Assembly (NCBI GenBank): GCA_012026655.1
Contig: JAAILG010000964.1
Span: forward strand, 1-64,000
DNA: 64,000 nucleotides
Direction: 5' to 3'
Source of the DNA: Hydrolagus affinis
Taxonomy: Eukaryota
Position numbers and translations under genes: made by a program. This document shows, piece after piece, positions 25,201 through 40,200 of the stretch; positions within the stretch are counted from its first letter, which is position 1, and each line of letters opens with the position of its first letter. The notes beneath the pieces were generated by a model. It worked only from the letters and a program-made list of their open reading frames with translations, was not told where the DNA came from and made no database searches.

Positions 25201-28200
25201 TGAGACGGGCTCTTGAGCACATTTCTGCCACCTCTTCTTTTTGTGGCAGTTTTCATAACAGACTTCCTCCCAATTAATATCGCAGTACTTTGATATACAA
25301 GATGTCAAGGCTCCAGCAACACCTATTCATTATTTTGGATATATTCATGCCAGTCTTTACGCTACTAGATAGTTGTAGGAATTACCCGAAAGGTATGTCA
25401 CAATTCCACTTAGCACAAGGAAGCAAGTTTCTTATTTAAAAATATTCGTTTTAAAATTATTCCAATGGCAACATCTACCATTCTTGAATGTTACTGTTTG
25501 TTCAGCTTCAATCCCAATGTTATCAACAAAAGCATCCGCTAAACTCCACTTAAACCTTACCATGACTGTTACCCATAAAAGAATGATAGCAAATCAAGCG
25601 TACTTTCTTTTCACCACCCACACCCCACCCCCTCTCTATCTGAGACTGTGCTAAGTATGACCATTCCTGATCAAAACATGCACGGTTGGGTAACCTGCTC
25701 TTACGACTCCATCAACACTGCTCGTGACTCCTATTGGGATATGTGCGAAAACAACATGGTATAACTTTCCTTCCACTGTGAAAGTGTCAGGATTACTCCC
25801 AGTGATAGCACAACTAATTTTGGCATCACATCATATTAGTGCAAGGCTATGTGGTAAAGGGTGCTGGAACTATAACACACCATGCTATCCGAAAACACGT
25901 TATTTTTAATTGACAAAGTGTATACTGATAGAATCTTCTTTTTCTTTTCTCTTCCAAATAACTCCACGTGCTCTATCTGCATTCATAACATTTTTCTTTG
26001 TGACAGTTTTCATGTTTTAAACTAAATTGCCTAATTATTTTTGCTCACTTAAAACAGAAAAATAATCCTTGCATTTAATATAGCGCCTTATCATGTCTTC
26101 GAGATGTTTCAAAGTGCTTCACAGAATATACTGTAAAATTAATTGACTGTGTAATTTATGGGCGAAACAGCAGCCAATGGCCCACAGCACAGTCCAACAA
26201 GCGGTCATGACTGAGGTAACAAATTTTTATTATTATTTATTTATTTTGAAGTGATTATTACCCCCCCCAGAAAAGCAATCTGCCAATTGACTAACAACCG
26301 GGTGCCTGCTTTACTGCTAGGGATGTGTGTAGAGTAACAAAACTTGCATAAGGTTTCGCCCTCTTGCCTCTTGCTTGTGAGGTGAGTGCTCTAACCGATG
26401 CTACAAGCTCCACGAAAGAAACAAAAACTGTAAGACATTGATTGACAGCAACATAGCCTACACTAATTTACTGAAAAGCACCATTGTGTTTCCTAAGTAA
26501 TTTATTGAGGATGACTACAAGTGCATTGACCACAACAGGAAAACAGCTTGACCTAGACAAATATTCCCAACAAAGCATAATCAATTTCACTTTTATTATG
26601 TATTCTTGACCTAACATATTATTATTATTAATATGTTATTATTATAATAACATTTGTATGATTCATCACAACTGCAGTACAAAACCTACACATTTTTGGT
26701 AGAAACACATTAATAATAATCCTTGTATTTGAAAGAATACATAGCAATTTTACAACTGAAAGTAAGAGAGTGTGATTTTCTCTAAGGAACAAGGACATTG
26801 TGCACTCAATGAAAGGTTGAAACTGTCTAAAAAAAACAATTCTGGGCACTTCTTGATCTGAGCATTTCTCAAGAGTTCAATAGAAATCTCAAAGTAATGG
26901 ACTTTAGATGAGGGGCAAAGCCTGAATATGTTTTGTTTTAAAAATGGACAACTATTTAATTTTTATAATATGGAATGTAAAATTTAATGAATTGTGCAAC
27001 TTACTGCTTGCAGAAACAATTCAAACAAAAAAGTGGCACTACCCATTGTAAGATTGAGCCATACAAACCACAACGTTTTTAAATTGAAATCCTGGCGTGT
27101 AGTGAGTTAACTGAATTCAGCTGAGGAAGCAGTTGGGCACTACAATTGTGCCTCATTGCCCTGGGGCAAAGGGGAAGAGGGGTTGAAAACAGGTAGGGTT
27201 CCTGCTCCTGAATGGTATTGAGTAATTCCCACATGCATGTGGATGTCGGATAAGTGCAGGATTGGCCTTGGCCCACTCCCAACCTTAAATAGCCTGTTGG
27301 CACTCAACTGTTCAGCCTTACACATCAAGGATAGCCACTTGGGTAAGATAAAAGGCTGCATCAAGAGTCAAAATCAGCATTTCCAGAAGTGACAACAGAT
27401 TAATTAAAAGCAAAATGTGTTAGTGTACCAGACACCAAAGGCTCCTGGAACATCAATTGACTGCTCAGAGACAATATTTTTTCTAAAAGTAGATGTTACA
27501 ACTTTACTTTGGGCAGCATATTTAAAATTATTATAGTTTTTCAAAATATATGATAGACAAATATCTATTTGTGCGCAATAGAAAAATTATAGGCATACAA
27601 ATGTTTTCTCATGAAGTACGATGGTAACAGACAAACGTCCTTCTCCTTTAGAGCTACAGAAGTGATCCAGAGAACAGCTAGTTAGAGAAGCAAGTCCCTA
27701 AGCAAGGATTAGACTAAATGTAAATGCTAAGCCTTCTGTGTATGTAATCTCCAGAGACACAACTGGAGAAGGGTTGCTCTTCTGGAAACCAACAACAACA
27801 ACTCGCATTTATGTAGCTCCCTTTCTAGGTTTCTAAAAGATGTTTCCACTCAAACAGGTCAAACAGGAGGGGGGAGGGGGGGGGTGGTGGGGGGGGAAGA
27901 ACAGAGGGTGCAATTTAAAGCGTAGCATCTTAAAACAGAACTGGGGAAGATCAATACACTATTTGCTTAAAGAAGAATTCTCTAGTGATGTTCCCCACAG
28001 AATGACAGCCTACAGTATATTGTACTTTGATTGAGGAAAACTGCTGGTTGTTTCTGTTCAGAATATAGATACTTTTTTAAGTTAACACAACACATGTAAA
28101 TGCATTGTGGCAGTAAATAATTTTAGATTCCCTTCTTCCTTTATATCCTTAGTTAGGCTTAATGGGGTTTATAATCTGATCAATATGAATCTTAATGATT

Positions 28201-31200
28201 TCTCTTCACTTATCAAGGATGATCTTAGTTATTCAATTGTGATCAAATACATACTCCTCTCAACAACAACAACTTCGATTTATATAGCGCCCTCCATGCC
28301 GGATGGCGTCTCAGAGTGCTTCACATTAACAGATCACGGGCCAGGGGGAGGGGGAAAAGGTTGACCTGAGGCACAGTCGAAAAGAAAGGTCTTCAGCTGA
28401 GTTCTGAAACTTTCCTGAGTCTTCTCTGCCTATTAATGCAATAACATTTTATGTTATTACAGCGAAAGCCTGTTTATCCGGCACCTGATCAGCCGTAACT
28501 TCCGTATAACCGGCACATTAAAAAAAAGTCCGCATTCGATTAACAGGAATTTATCCGGAAAAATGCATTTTTTTTTGCTGTTTTCGGCCGAATATCCAGC
28601 ATGTGCCAGGCATTGGCCAGATCCTGAGGGTGCCAGATAAACAGGCTTTTATTGTACATATTAACATAACACAGCCAATTAGTTTCATATAAACCATGCA
28701 AGTCAAGTATGATGCATTAGACCAAAATAGTTTAAAAGTTTGTTTTTATATAAAGTTCTTCTTTTGAATGTAGACAGGGAAAATCCTTTTTACTTTGGCT
28801 GGGGAATTGGTGACAAGGAGGCATAGTCTCAGGGTTATGAGCTGAAAAATTAGGTGAGAGAGGAGACCAAATTTCTTCACTTGAGGGGTTTGGAATACAT
28901 TATGAAAGGTGGCTGTTGAGCTTGGATCAAGGCAGAATTGTTCAAAGATGGGCAAAATGGGCAACTGAGCACTATATATATATATTAAGGGATATGTGGA
29001 GAGAAATGTTTAATGGAAATAATGAAGGACGAGCAATTTGGAAAGTCTGGTTCAGGTGTTACCAAAGATGTGATATCTGAATGCTCCTCCCCTTTTCTGG
29101 GGAGAAACTTCTCTGTTTCTATGTGTCATTTTTGCCCCCCAAATTATCTACCTTTTAATATTAAAATACCACCCTATACATATTATACAGTAGGTTCAAT
29201 AATCACTGAGATATTCATCCTATATGAAAATCATTACAGGTGGAACGTCAATAATCTGGCACAGTTGAGTCCAAGCATTTCCTGGATACTGGAGTTTGCC
29301 AGTACAGTATTTGGAAACCTAGCCTCACCTAACATTGCATAATTTTACCAATGTTGTTTTATTTACCTGATATAGTTTTATGTGTTACTTAACATGATTT
29401 ATGTATAAGAATCTATACATATATGAAGAAATAATTGCTAGTACTTAAAAATAAATTAATTGTAAATTTAAATGTAATTTTTTTTAAAGTGCCGGTTTTA
29501 GGGAGTTGCCAGCTTTCGGAATGCCTGATTATCAACATTCCACTGTATTTAAGTGTAAAGCAGTGTTGTAAGTACTGTACATGATACATACACATCAACA
29601 ACAAAATTACATTTATAGAGCTCCTTTCATGTCTGGAGGATGTCCCAAGGCGCTGAACAGTCAGGAATCAGGACCCAAGAATGGGGAAGGGGCAGGGTAG
29701 GGGATGGGAGGGAGAGAGGTGGGAGGGTGACAGAAGTCAAAATCGAACACAAAGGTCTTGAGACTGGCCTTGAAGAAGGCAAGGGAGAAAGCGAGGCAAA
29801 GGGACTGTGGGATGGAGTTTCCAGAGTGTGGGGGCAGAGAGGCTGAAAGCCCAGCCACCAATGGTGGGAAACATGGAGCAGACCGGAGCACGCTGAACAG
29901 AGCGGGAAAGCAGGTTGATAGGAAGTCAATTAGTGCACTTCAAATTTACCAAAGAAATGATCAAATAGTAACTCACATTAGGTTTATTCTCCAGATGTAC
30001 ACTCAAAAACCTAAGATACCCAACAGGTGCGAATGCGTCAGCTGAATGGATAACTACTTCCGAGGAATCACTGCAGAAAATAATAAAAGATCATAATTGC
30101 AGAGTTCATCAGTTAGCAGAGTATTCACTTTATCAAAATACCAAAAAGTGCCATCACTTCAGGAAATATTTATCGCTGTAAAACAAGTGAAGGGTCACAC
30201 ACAAAACGTGAACCTATGTTTCTTTTTTATTTCCTGATTTGAGTTATTATGGATTTGAAGCAATTGGTGTTTTTAGTTCAGGTGTTCAGCATTCATTCAC
30301 TTTCTAAAAAGTGGCACTAAATAGAGTCTAGGAGCAGCAATCTTTGCTATTTTTCCCCCCTGCAAAGACTACAGTGAGAAAGACACAGAAGATAGATCAA
30401 AAGCCAAATACACACTTACGATCCTGAACCACCAACATCTCATATTGTTAAATGGGATATTGTTAAACTAGAGGCCTATCATTAAGGTTTGTTTGTGAAG
30501 GATCAATCAACAGAGTCTTTTCTTTTTCCCACATTAATCATTCCTTTACTCTCCCTATTCTCAATTATGTTAACTGATCAAACCAAGCCATCGCAACAGG
30601 TAAAGCACAAGCAGAAGTAATTCAGATAATAAATTCAACTAAACTATGATGGCATGTAGACTTCCATAGTAGTATAAACCAGAATGTAAATGCATATTAA
30701 ACAGTGATGTTTTTATGAATAACAAATAAAGCAATTCAAACAATTTAATGATAAGCAAAGAATTCATTAGTGGAGAAGGTAAAGGATCATCCTGAACACT
30801 GGGTGAAACATATTTCATGGGTAGAGATTTTAGTAGGCCACAAACTGCAGGAGCTGATAGGCAGTGAGTGGAAATGTATTGCCTTGAGTGATAACCAGGA
30901 AAAACTAGCCTGGTGGGAATTCCTTAATTGGAAAGGCATTCCAACCAGGCTGGAAAGTGCATTTGAATAGCAGAGGAGTATTGCAGCACATGGGAAGTTA
31001 TAATCCTTCTCATCTCTTAGGAATGTCAAAGACCTCAAAAACATTTTAATTAAAACACTTCTCAATTAATGAAGACATTTTAAAACAGTCACCGATAGAC
31101 TCTAACTGTCACATATATGTAATACGGTTTTAAGCGATTTTTCAAATGTTTGCTTTTTTGTTATGAAGCAAATCTATGTAAGAAAAGGGATTCTGGTCAA

Positions 31201-34200
31201 AAATATTAAATCTAAGGGGATGGTTGACTATAAGACTGTCATAATGTTAGTTCCCAAGTATGTCAGTCCATCTAAGAAAAAAAATCAAATGAATGTTCAC
31301 AGGGACAAATTTGCCCTGTGGTATCACTTCACTCTTGTTAGAGCTGATCATGTAACCAGAGAGGTACTCTTCTTGCTGGACTGTTTGAAAACACATCAAT
31401 GGCAGCCTTATGTAGAGCAGACTATTAGCAGTATAAAGGGAATGGTTATATCCATACCACCAACCTCCACACAGTACATGTTTGGATTTGATCTAATTGC
31501 AAGAGTCAGGAATTCAATCATCAAAGCAAAGGTGACAGTGGATGTTGCTGGGATGTATGTACCACATTGCAATGGGAAAGAGAATGAATGATACATTGTC
31601 TGCAGTAATTAAGATCCTTTCTCAATCTTGGAACGAAGTTCAGTTTATAAACTCAAACAGCAGAATCCTGCAAAATCGGATGTGGAGATTATTCTTAGGG
31701 TTTGGCCACTTTAAATCTTCGAATCAGCTTTAGTGACTCATAACCTCACTCTTGACTACAGCTTTACTTGTATGTTCATGAGGCAAGTAAAACAGTTCAA
31801 TTTCACAATTCACAAGATTGATTAACTATAACAATGTGAGGCATCACAAAATATATATAGGATATGAGGCACAATGTATTTTTAAAAATTATAAAAGTAG
31901 CACAGCAGAAAGTTTTGTCTGTGTGCACCCTTCATCAATGCCTGCTCTCTATTGCTCCAGCAGCGGCACACATCAATACATTATCTTTGTAGGAAGCAAC
32001 TGGGTAAAGTTTCCCCCAATTCAGCACAAGGAATCTCCACTTTATGGGCCTGTGCCAATATCCTGGATGTTCAGTGTTATGAATATCATTCCCTTTTCAC
32101 AGTGGACCTTCAGCCTTGCCAGAAATAAAGACTGCATTACCTCAATTTCCTCAGACATCCTGTAAGATTGCAGAATCTTGCTTTTTATAGACTATTGCAA
32201 TAAAAGCAAAGAAAAATAACTTTTCAAGACCCAGCCTTGCTAAATTTCAAAAAATCCACTAGTTTCCTTGTGAGGTGGGTGTGTAAACTCACCCAAATGG
32301 TACTTAACCCAAACTCCCACCACCTCAAAAAATACAGCTGCAGCATCACTTAGTTCCAACAAAATATCAATTCATGTCCTCAGGTTTCCACAGTAGTTCA
32401 TGTTGTTCCAACTCCAGATTCTCTGAGCAGACACTTTGTTTTGAACATTTTAATCCTTTGGTTGTGCCCACATCGTCACCTAGCTCTGGGAAGGAGGCCA
32501 ACTTGCCTCAGCACAATAGTGGCCAGACAAAAATGAGTTTCCTGGACTCCTCATTGGAATGGATCTTTTCTGCTAAAGAGATCTACGATGGCATGTGTCC
32601 AACCTTTGAACAGAAATATCCTCTGCCAGGTAGGGGAAGTTTTTGTTAAAAAAAACTACTCTACATTTTTCTTGGGAATGAGCAAGTAATTTGGAGTGAA
32701 GTACTTCCCTCTTATGTTTATTTAGTATGTAACCTTGAAAATACTGTACAACATTCAAAACGCATGTATACATCAAGCTGCACTTTGATTATTGAATGTT
32801 AAAACTCACTGATACTCATAACTGAACAAAGAAAATTTCTCTAACCCTTAAGAAGTGAAGGATTACACCAAAGGATACAGCTTGCCAGCACTTGTTAAAT
32901 AAGCCGTTTAGATCGTAGGTTAAATTGTTTTCTTCAACGTAATTGGAGTTAGGCAATTAATTAAGATTCTAGAATTATGTGGCATTAATAAATAACCATT
33001 GTTTGTCATTGAAAATATTTTCAAAATTATGAGGCATGCTTACAAATTACAACTGGAAGTTTAAACATACAGATTTGTACCACCAAAAATGTTACTGTTA
33101 ATATATTTACATAACAACTGAAAGCATAATTTTTGTGAAAAAAAAAATTTCGGCCAAAACTTCAAACAGACTTGCTAAGCAGGAAGTCAGCCAGCAGTAT
33201 TGTTCCCAATAACAATTTGCCTTTTGTAAAACTGAGCTTAAGGATGGATAATTAAACTGAGGAAACAGCACTCACACAACTATTCTCTTCTTGAACAAAG
33301 GGCAGTCCAGAGTAAACGTTTCATACTCTCCACCTTCTCCACATACATGAACTCCATACTTCTGAGAAATCTGCAAAAACAGATATGTTGTGAATAAAAG
33401 CTTCTAGTATTGTCAACACAGTGCTATGATACTACTGATGCTGGGTTGTGATGTGATGAAACAGTTTCATTTCTGCTGCACTTATTAATACATGTTCAAG
33501 AGCACAACAATCTTATTTTGATGATCAGCATGCTCTGTTTTTATGTTTTATGCCCAGAGTGTTTTCAACATAAGGAGCACAGCATATCAGTTACATCACA
33601 GTAATACATTTTTCACTACATGCAATCTTCAAAAACACGATACTAATTGTGAATATTTTAAAGTATGAGACTACAACATTAAACATTTCTTTGTTATCAA
33701 AATTCTCTATCATCTGGGGTCTACAGGTCTAATCTTACAGACTTTTCTCATACAGTATGACAGCATGGAATGTAGTGCCACTGGGTTATCTTGAACAGAG
33801 GCATGAGCTGCAGCATGTACTCTTACAGTTGGATTTCAATCCAAAAATCAAGCAGACTATTGAAGTAGTCAAGAATCACAGGAATACCACAAACGGCAGG
33901 GGGCTGTTCCAATGCACTTGCCATCAAAGGGCCAACATATTCCATTTACTGTTATAAACAGACCATATGGAAGGTTGCTTTGAAGAAACCTCTCCGAGCA
34001 AATCCTGGGGTTGTAGACTCTCACCAGACTATCAACTGGAAGTAGAACATGTTTGGGTGTCAGAGCCTTTCCCTTTTGCAAGGACGAGAGAACCTTCCTC
34101 AAGAAGGCAACTGGAAATCTTCAATGAGAAAAAACATTCATGAAGCTGTGGGTCCCTGGGAGTTACATTTTTGCTCTGAGTTGCACCGTACTTTGCATAG

Positions 34201-37200
34201 GGAGCTAATGCTGGAATCAGCATAAAATGCTAAAGTGAGAATGAAAAGACCTGCTAGATTTAAAGCTTGTTCACATATTTTGTAGTTTTGTTTAGTTATC
34301 CAGTTACAGTCATGGAGTCTTCATCGTGCTGTGCCATTTTAGCAGCACACGATTAAATAATCTGTACTAGAGAGCTGCCGGCACCCATAACACTGTACCC
34401 AAAAAGAGGATCGTGAGAGGATCACAAGTGAAAACTAGATACAAATCCTATTTATACCTGAAGGAGATATGGCTCCATTTGCTCCAACGTTTTCCCAAGA
34501 TGTTTCTCTGGATCCAGACCTGCAACAATATTGTTATTCTTAATTTTCATTTTCTTTAATCATCCCTATGTGCAAAATCAACTGAAATGAAGTTCGGGAG
34601 ACAGCTTATTTACTTTACACCCCTCCACCAATGGCAACTCTGCCATCATGGAACGCTGAAGTTCATCAAAGGGAATTGAATGAAAATGACCAACATTTCT
34701 TTTGATGCCTTACTCAACTTGTTGTTAGTCAGTTTTAATACCAACAACAACTTGGATTTATATAGTGCCCTCCACGTCATCTCAGTGCACTTCACAAAAC
34801 GGATCCCGGGGCCGAGCCAGGGAAAGAGGAAAAAGGTGACCGAAAGCACGGTCAAAAAGAAAACTCTTTAGGCGTGACCTGAAAATAGGAAAGGAGGGGA
34901 CGAGGCAAAGGAAGTGAGGAAGGGAGCTCCAGAGCCTCGGGTGGTAGTGGCTGAAGGCATGGCCGCCGATGGTGGAACAAAGGATTCGGGGACAAGGAGG
35001 GGGACAAGGAGGCGGCCAGAACCAGTAGAGCAAAGGCAACGGGTACTATTGTGAGGAGAGAGGAGGTCAGACAGGTAGGAGAGTGCAGAAGTGTGGAAGG
35101 ATTTGAATACAAGAGTGAGAATCTTGAAATCAATCCATTCCGTGACAGGGAGCCAGTGAAGTCTGGCAAGTACTGGGGTAATCGGGGAGTGAAGTTTGGT
35201 TTGGATGAGTATGTGGGCTGCGGAATTATGAATAACCTGGATTTTATGAATGGTGGCAGAGGGGAGGCCGGTGATGAGGGCATTGGAATAGTCCAACAGA
35301 GAGGTGACAAAGGCATGGACCAGGGTTTCGGCAGCTTTAGGGGTGAGATATTGGCGGAGACGGGTGATGTGACGGAGACGGAAGAAAGCGGTGCCATGAG
35401 AAAGGTTGGCAATCGCAGCCTATTATAACTTACATAACTTTTCACTGTCTGAAACATTAAGTTCCTTGCTTTCTACATTAGAAATCTATTAAGTTTTTTT
35501 GATTGATCGTAATTTACTTTGAACTGGATGTACACAAAAAAAGTTTATTTATTTTTTCATTAATTGTATTTACAGAGAAAAGTGAATTCTGGTCACGTGT
35601 GGTTACAGTGCTGAGGCTTTGATGTACTTGTCAAGTATCAATCTGTATGATGTTCTCACATGACCTGCTGTTCAGCACCATTTCTCCATCAGAAACAGAA
35701 TCAAGAAGGTTGATATTATTGACCAGTGAGTAGGTAAAAATCTAACCAGGAAAAACTTGTCATTAGAAAGGATAGAATGGGTGCTTCCGCTTTCCTTTAC
35801 AAAGCTGTGCTGCATTCTGTCTGTACTACATTTATAACTCTTTCCTACCAGTAAAAGTTGTTACTTTATTTTCGAGCATTCTTCCATCTCAAAAACAGTT
35901 GCCTAGTACTCGGCTGTGCTTTCCTCAACTGAGTGAGTGTACCAGTTGTGAGACACAAACTTTGATAAAAGTTCACACAAAACAAAAGGAGGTGTTTCAC
36001 CTCAAGGGAATGAAATTATGGCTGACAGAAAATCAGATGAAGAATACAAATGAGTAGTCAATTGAGGTCCTGCAGGAGCTAACCCTGGTTTGATTTGACC
36101 TTTAGATTTGATCCCAAACACATTTTTGCAATACTAACTGTTCTGCATTTACTTGAAGCTGCTATTTTTACCCTCCCATTATAAGTTTACAGCATGGACA
36201 CATCTGAGTGACAGAAAGATGCATCTTAAACCACTTCTGAGCAAGGCATTATATATCAAGATTATAATATGCCATTTAACAAGCCATTGTAAATTGAAGA
36301 AAATAAGGGGACTGAATTTATAGTACTCTATCTGTAACACATTTTAAACTTTTTAAAATATGATGTGGTACATTACATTGCCATATCTAAAAGGCCAATT
36401 TGGAGAAAAGGGTGATGTGCAGAATGCTTTAATCTAATTAAGAGTTCCATGCTCTATGCAGTTGTTGAATGTGTCTAACTGATTTTAATTGAAGACATGA
36501 AAGGCGCTCTACCAATGTAATTTTGTTGTTGTTGTATTGCAAGATTAAATATGCAAAAATCTTCAATATAAACCACACTAAGAATTAAACGTGTTAAAAA
36601 ACTGAACTTCGACATGAAACAGGCTGCCAAGTGTAGGGAGTGGACAAGTTAGTATGGTTTAGGTTATAGAGGTTGTGAGAAGAAGCATGTGGAGGGCTTT
36701 CAAAGTGAGGGGAAGGATTTTAAATTTGATTGTTTGAGACAGGGAACGTTACAAAATGAAGAATGATTTTCAAATATTAGAGAACATTTTGAACAGATGG
36801 CTGGAATAAGAATGGCCCAAAGTATGAGTGATAAGTAAAGATATAACCCATAAAGGTTCATCAGTACTATATATGCTCATTCTAGGACTGACAAAAAGAT
36901 ATGATTTTATTTATTTTTATAAACAATTTATTATTCAACTTCCTCCACCAGCCACCAAATTTACTTAATCTAAATTTAAATTTAAGAAAGGGAGGACATT
37001 TCAAGACTTTGTGACCAGAAACATGTGGAAACAAGACAGTCTAGCATTGGAGCATTGGAGGAGAATTGCGTAAACAAAGGTACCATCCTTCAAATGAGCC
37101 ATGGAACTATGATCCTGCTTTGTTCAGGTGGGAGTTAATAAGCCATGGCACCATTCAAAGAGAAAGGAGTTAATTCAGCCAACAATTAGCCCAGATTTTT

Positions 37201-40200
37201 TTTTGTGGTAAATAGCATAGCTTTTTGTGGAGTTCTGGTACATGTAAAAAGGCTGTCATGATTATCTACAAATAAACAGTCAATACACAACAGTAATTAT
37301 TGTGAAGTGCCTTTTGATATTTTAACATGATAAGATGCTATATCAAACATAAAGATTACTATTATAGTAATATTGAAATCTTGAAATTAAGTAATCTTGA
37401 AGTGAAACAAGCATTCATTGGGATTACAATCTTAGAGAAAACGTCATAGGCACATAAACTGTCTCATAATTCACATTTATTTTTTTCCATGCCCCTGAAA
37501 AGCAAAAATGCATTTGATTCAAACTGATTCTGATGCATACAAGATGAAAAAGAAACAAAAGGAGATTCAAAAAATTCCATGAAAGGTCAAAGTAAATGTT
37601 ATACTACGGGGAAACTTCAAGGTCTAACAAAATTTATATTTAATGCACAGATAACTACTCTCCAATATCAAATTCAGAGCACAAATTCAGCATTATTTCA
37701 TTGCTACGGTAAGATTTCCAATGGAATCAGACTACTAAAATATTTTCATCACCAGAAATACACCGGAACTTTTGGCTGGTATCTAAAAATGAAAATAAAG
37801 ATCTAAATATGAACAAAATTTTAGATCAGTAACCATTTCATATTAGCTCAACATGGCTCAAGAAAGGGCAGTGGAAATATTAATTGGAAGTTTTAGGGCA
37901 CCTGTCCCAATTGTTCATTCATATTGAAGAAAGTAGTAATGCAAATTCAGCTTTCAACATTTTAGAACTGTGTCCACAATTCTCTTTTACTGCATACATT
38001 TATAATTTGAGATATAGAGATGGGCTATTGGCCTCTTTTTGACAATGAAAACTGCCAACAAATGATAGAACATGCAGGGTTTTCAGAGGAGTTTGGGGGA
38101 GAAGTGTCTGGCAACCGTTTTAGCCTTCCATTTTTATTTAAAATTATGCCTCGTTTGTTTTTATTTTCATCAATTAGCAAAAAATATTCGAGGACAAGCC
38201 CAAAATACACTTGAAATGGCTTGTCTAATGATATGCAAGATTACAACATGAAATCGTTAGGCTTTCTAAACTGGACATCTAGATCACTAAATTTAACAAA
38301 ATTACACAATTAAAATTTAATTAAAGAATTCTTGAATGATAATTAAATAGCTGACCTTGAAGTTAATATCCATGCAATTGTGAATTTTTAACAACGATTA
38401 AAAAAAGTTTCCCAATGCATGGTCTACAACATATCAAAAGTTAATTGATAAAAGGAAAAAAAAGAATAAAATACAATGTTTTAACATTTCAACCAGTTTA
38501 CTTTCTAGTTTAGTACCTTATAGTGCCTGATCTGCAAACGTATATCAGTGTTAATAAACTCAGTGTTTTTTTTAAAAAAAAGGCAAATGAATGAGAATTG
38601 GAATAGATTTTGATTGATCAAATGCAGAGCACATCAGCTTGACAAAACTATTCTCATTAAGCTTGAGAATATGTTGTAATATCCATTAAAATATACTCCC
38701 CTCAATGCTTTTATAAGATTCTTACAAGATAGACTCATTTAATTTGTCAATATTTAAGTTTACACCTTTACTTTATTTAGACAATCTTTACATTTTGCCC
38801 AACCCACTAATACAATTTAATTTTTATTAGCATTCAAATGTTAAATTAACATTTATTGCATCCAAATACTGTACAAGCAAAACAATTATTTTCAAGTATT
38901 GACCTAGCTATTCAAAATAAGTGTGATTGCCCCTTCTGTTTATTTTCAAACAGTGAACATACACCAAAACTCTCATCTAAAACTGATCGAGAAGATTTTT
39001 GTGCAGCATAACAAATAAGACTGATTGCTTTGTATGATTCTAAAGACATCATAATAATAATCCTTCTATTTAATATAGCTCATGTGCTCTCAGAATACCT
39101 CAAATCAAAAAATATATATTTTGACCTGTGAATATCTAACAAAACAGCTAATTTGCGCACAACAATGTCCCACAAAAGTGAATGACCAGTTTTATCAGGA
39201 GGATTGCGAGCCAGAATACTGGAAGAAATTCTCTTTCTCTTTGGAATAGTGTGATGAGAATTTTAACATCTATCTGAATAAGCAAAGTCCTTCATTTAAG
39301 TTTAAGATTAGTAGTAACCCTGCATGTTCTACTGTACATAGTTATTAGAATACACAGCAATAATCCTGTGAATACTAAAACTCTGTTTTGTTTTAATCAA
39401 TAAGATGTTGCACTATTAAGTTTCTTAAATTGCAGTTGCTTATGGGTATTGGAAACCAACCATGCAAGATAAACATGGTTACTGCTACCTCAGAGTTGTT
39501 AAGCACCTCCCAAAAGGTGTTTCTCCCCTGCACGTTAAAGGATGTTTCCCAGTGCCTCAAGAGTTGTTTGACTGTTTCAACTGGTTCTGTATAATTCATC
39601 CCAGTGTGAAAGAGGCAAATTTGACAGAACCAGCAGCTCAGGATATTGCAATGTCACCTCTAATTGAAGAAGCTCTACAGGTCGCTTTCAATATAAATGG
39701 AGCATTAAAGGGAAAAGGGCCCCTTTGATTCTACGGTGTTGGCAAGGTGATTACTCAGGATATGTGAAGTGTAACAAATTAAGAGAAAAGTCAATTTTTA
39801 AGTCAAGTTGCTTTTCAAGTTCAGCAACAGTCTAAAGCACCTTTCAGTTTACTCAGATCTTCACAAATCAAGACAAATAAAACCGTTCCCCAGCATGCAC
39901 ATTTTCTGAAACAACACCGTCTGATGAAAGAAGTCATCTCTAAAATTTGATTCAAATGCAATGGAACATTTTAAAGTTGAGGCGACAATTTCATAAGTAT
40001 TGATGGATAGATAAAAGGACAGCTCAGCTCTACAGGATCAGCAGGAAAAGCAAAATGTAAAAGACATTGATGTAATGATGATGCTATTGCTTACGTGCAG
40101 TAGATGAGTATCTTGGTAGAAGGTATATAGCAGGGAAAAGTAAAATAGGCATCTTATTCCACAAATGACAATATTAGAAGAGGATATCCCTCTCTGCATT

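Noticed and set aside
25078-25330. Minus-strand 76-aa ORF as an alternative linker exon
   Set aside because: The nearest acceptor in phase 0 reads GTG TTG CTG GAG CCT TGA (stop). The exon at 22255-22399 fits the phases with canonical sites.
31163-31591. 142-aa plus-strand ORF
   Set aside because: No recognisable domain or exon structure, and it is antisense within a DPH6 intron. It is probably chance or a decayed repeat.
34852-35457. 201-aa Ser/Pro-rich ORF and overlapping ORFs (similar cases at 3654-4504, 20369-20811, 29627-30045 and 51500-51960)
   Set aside because: These are alternative frames of GC-rich L2 fragments.
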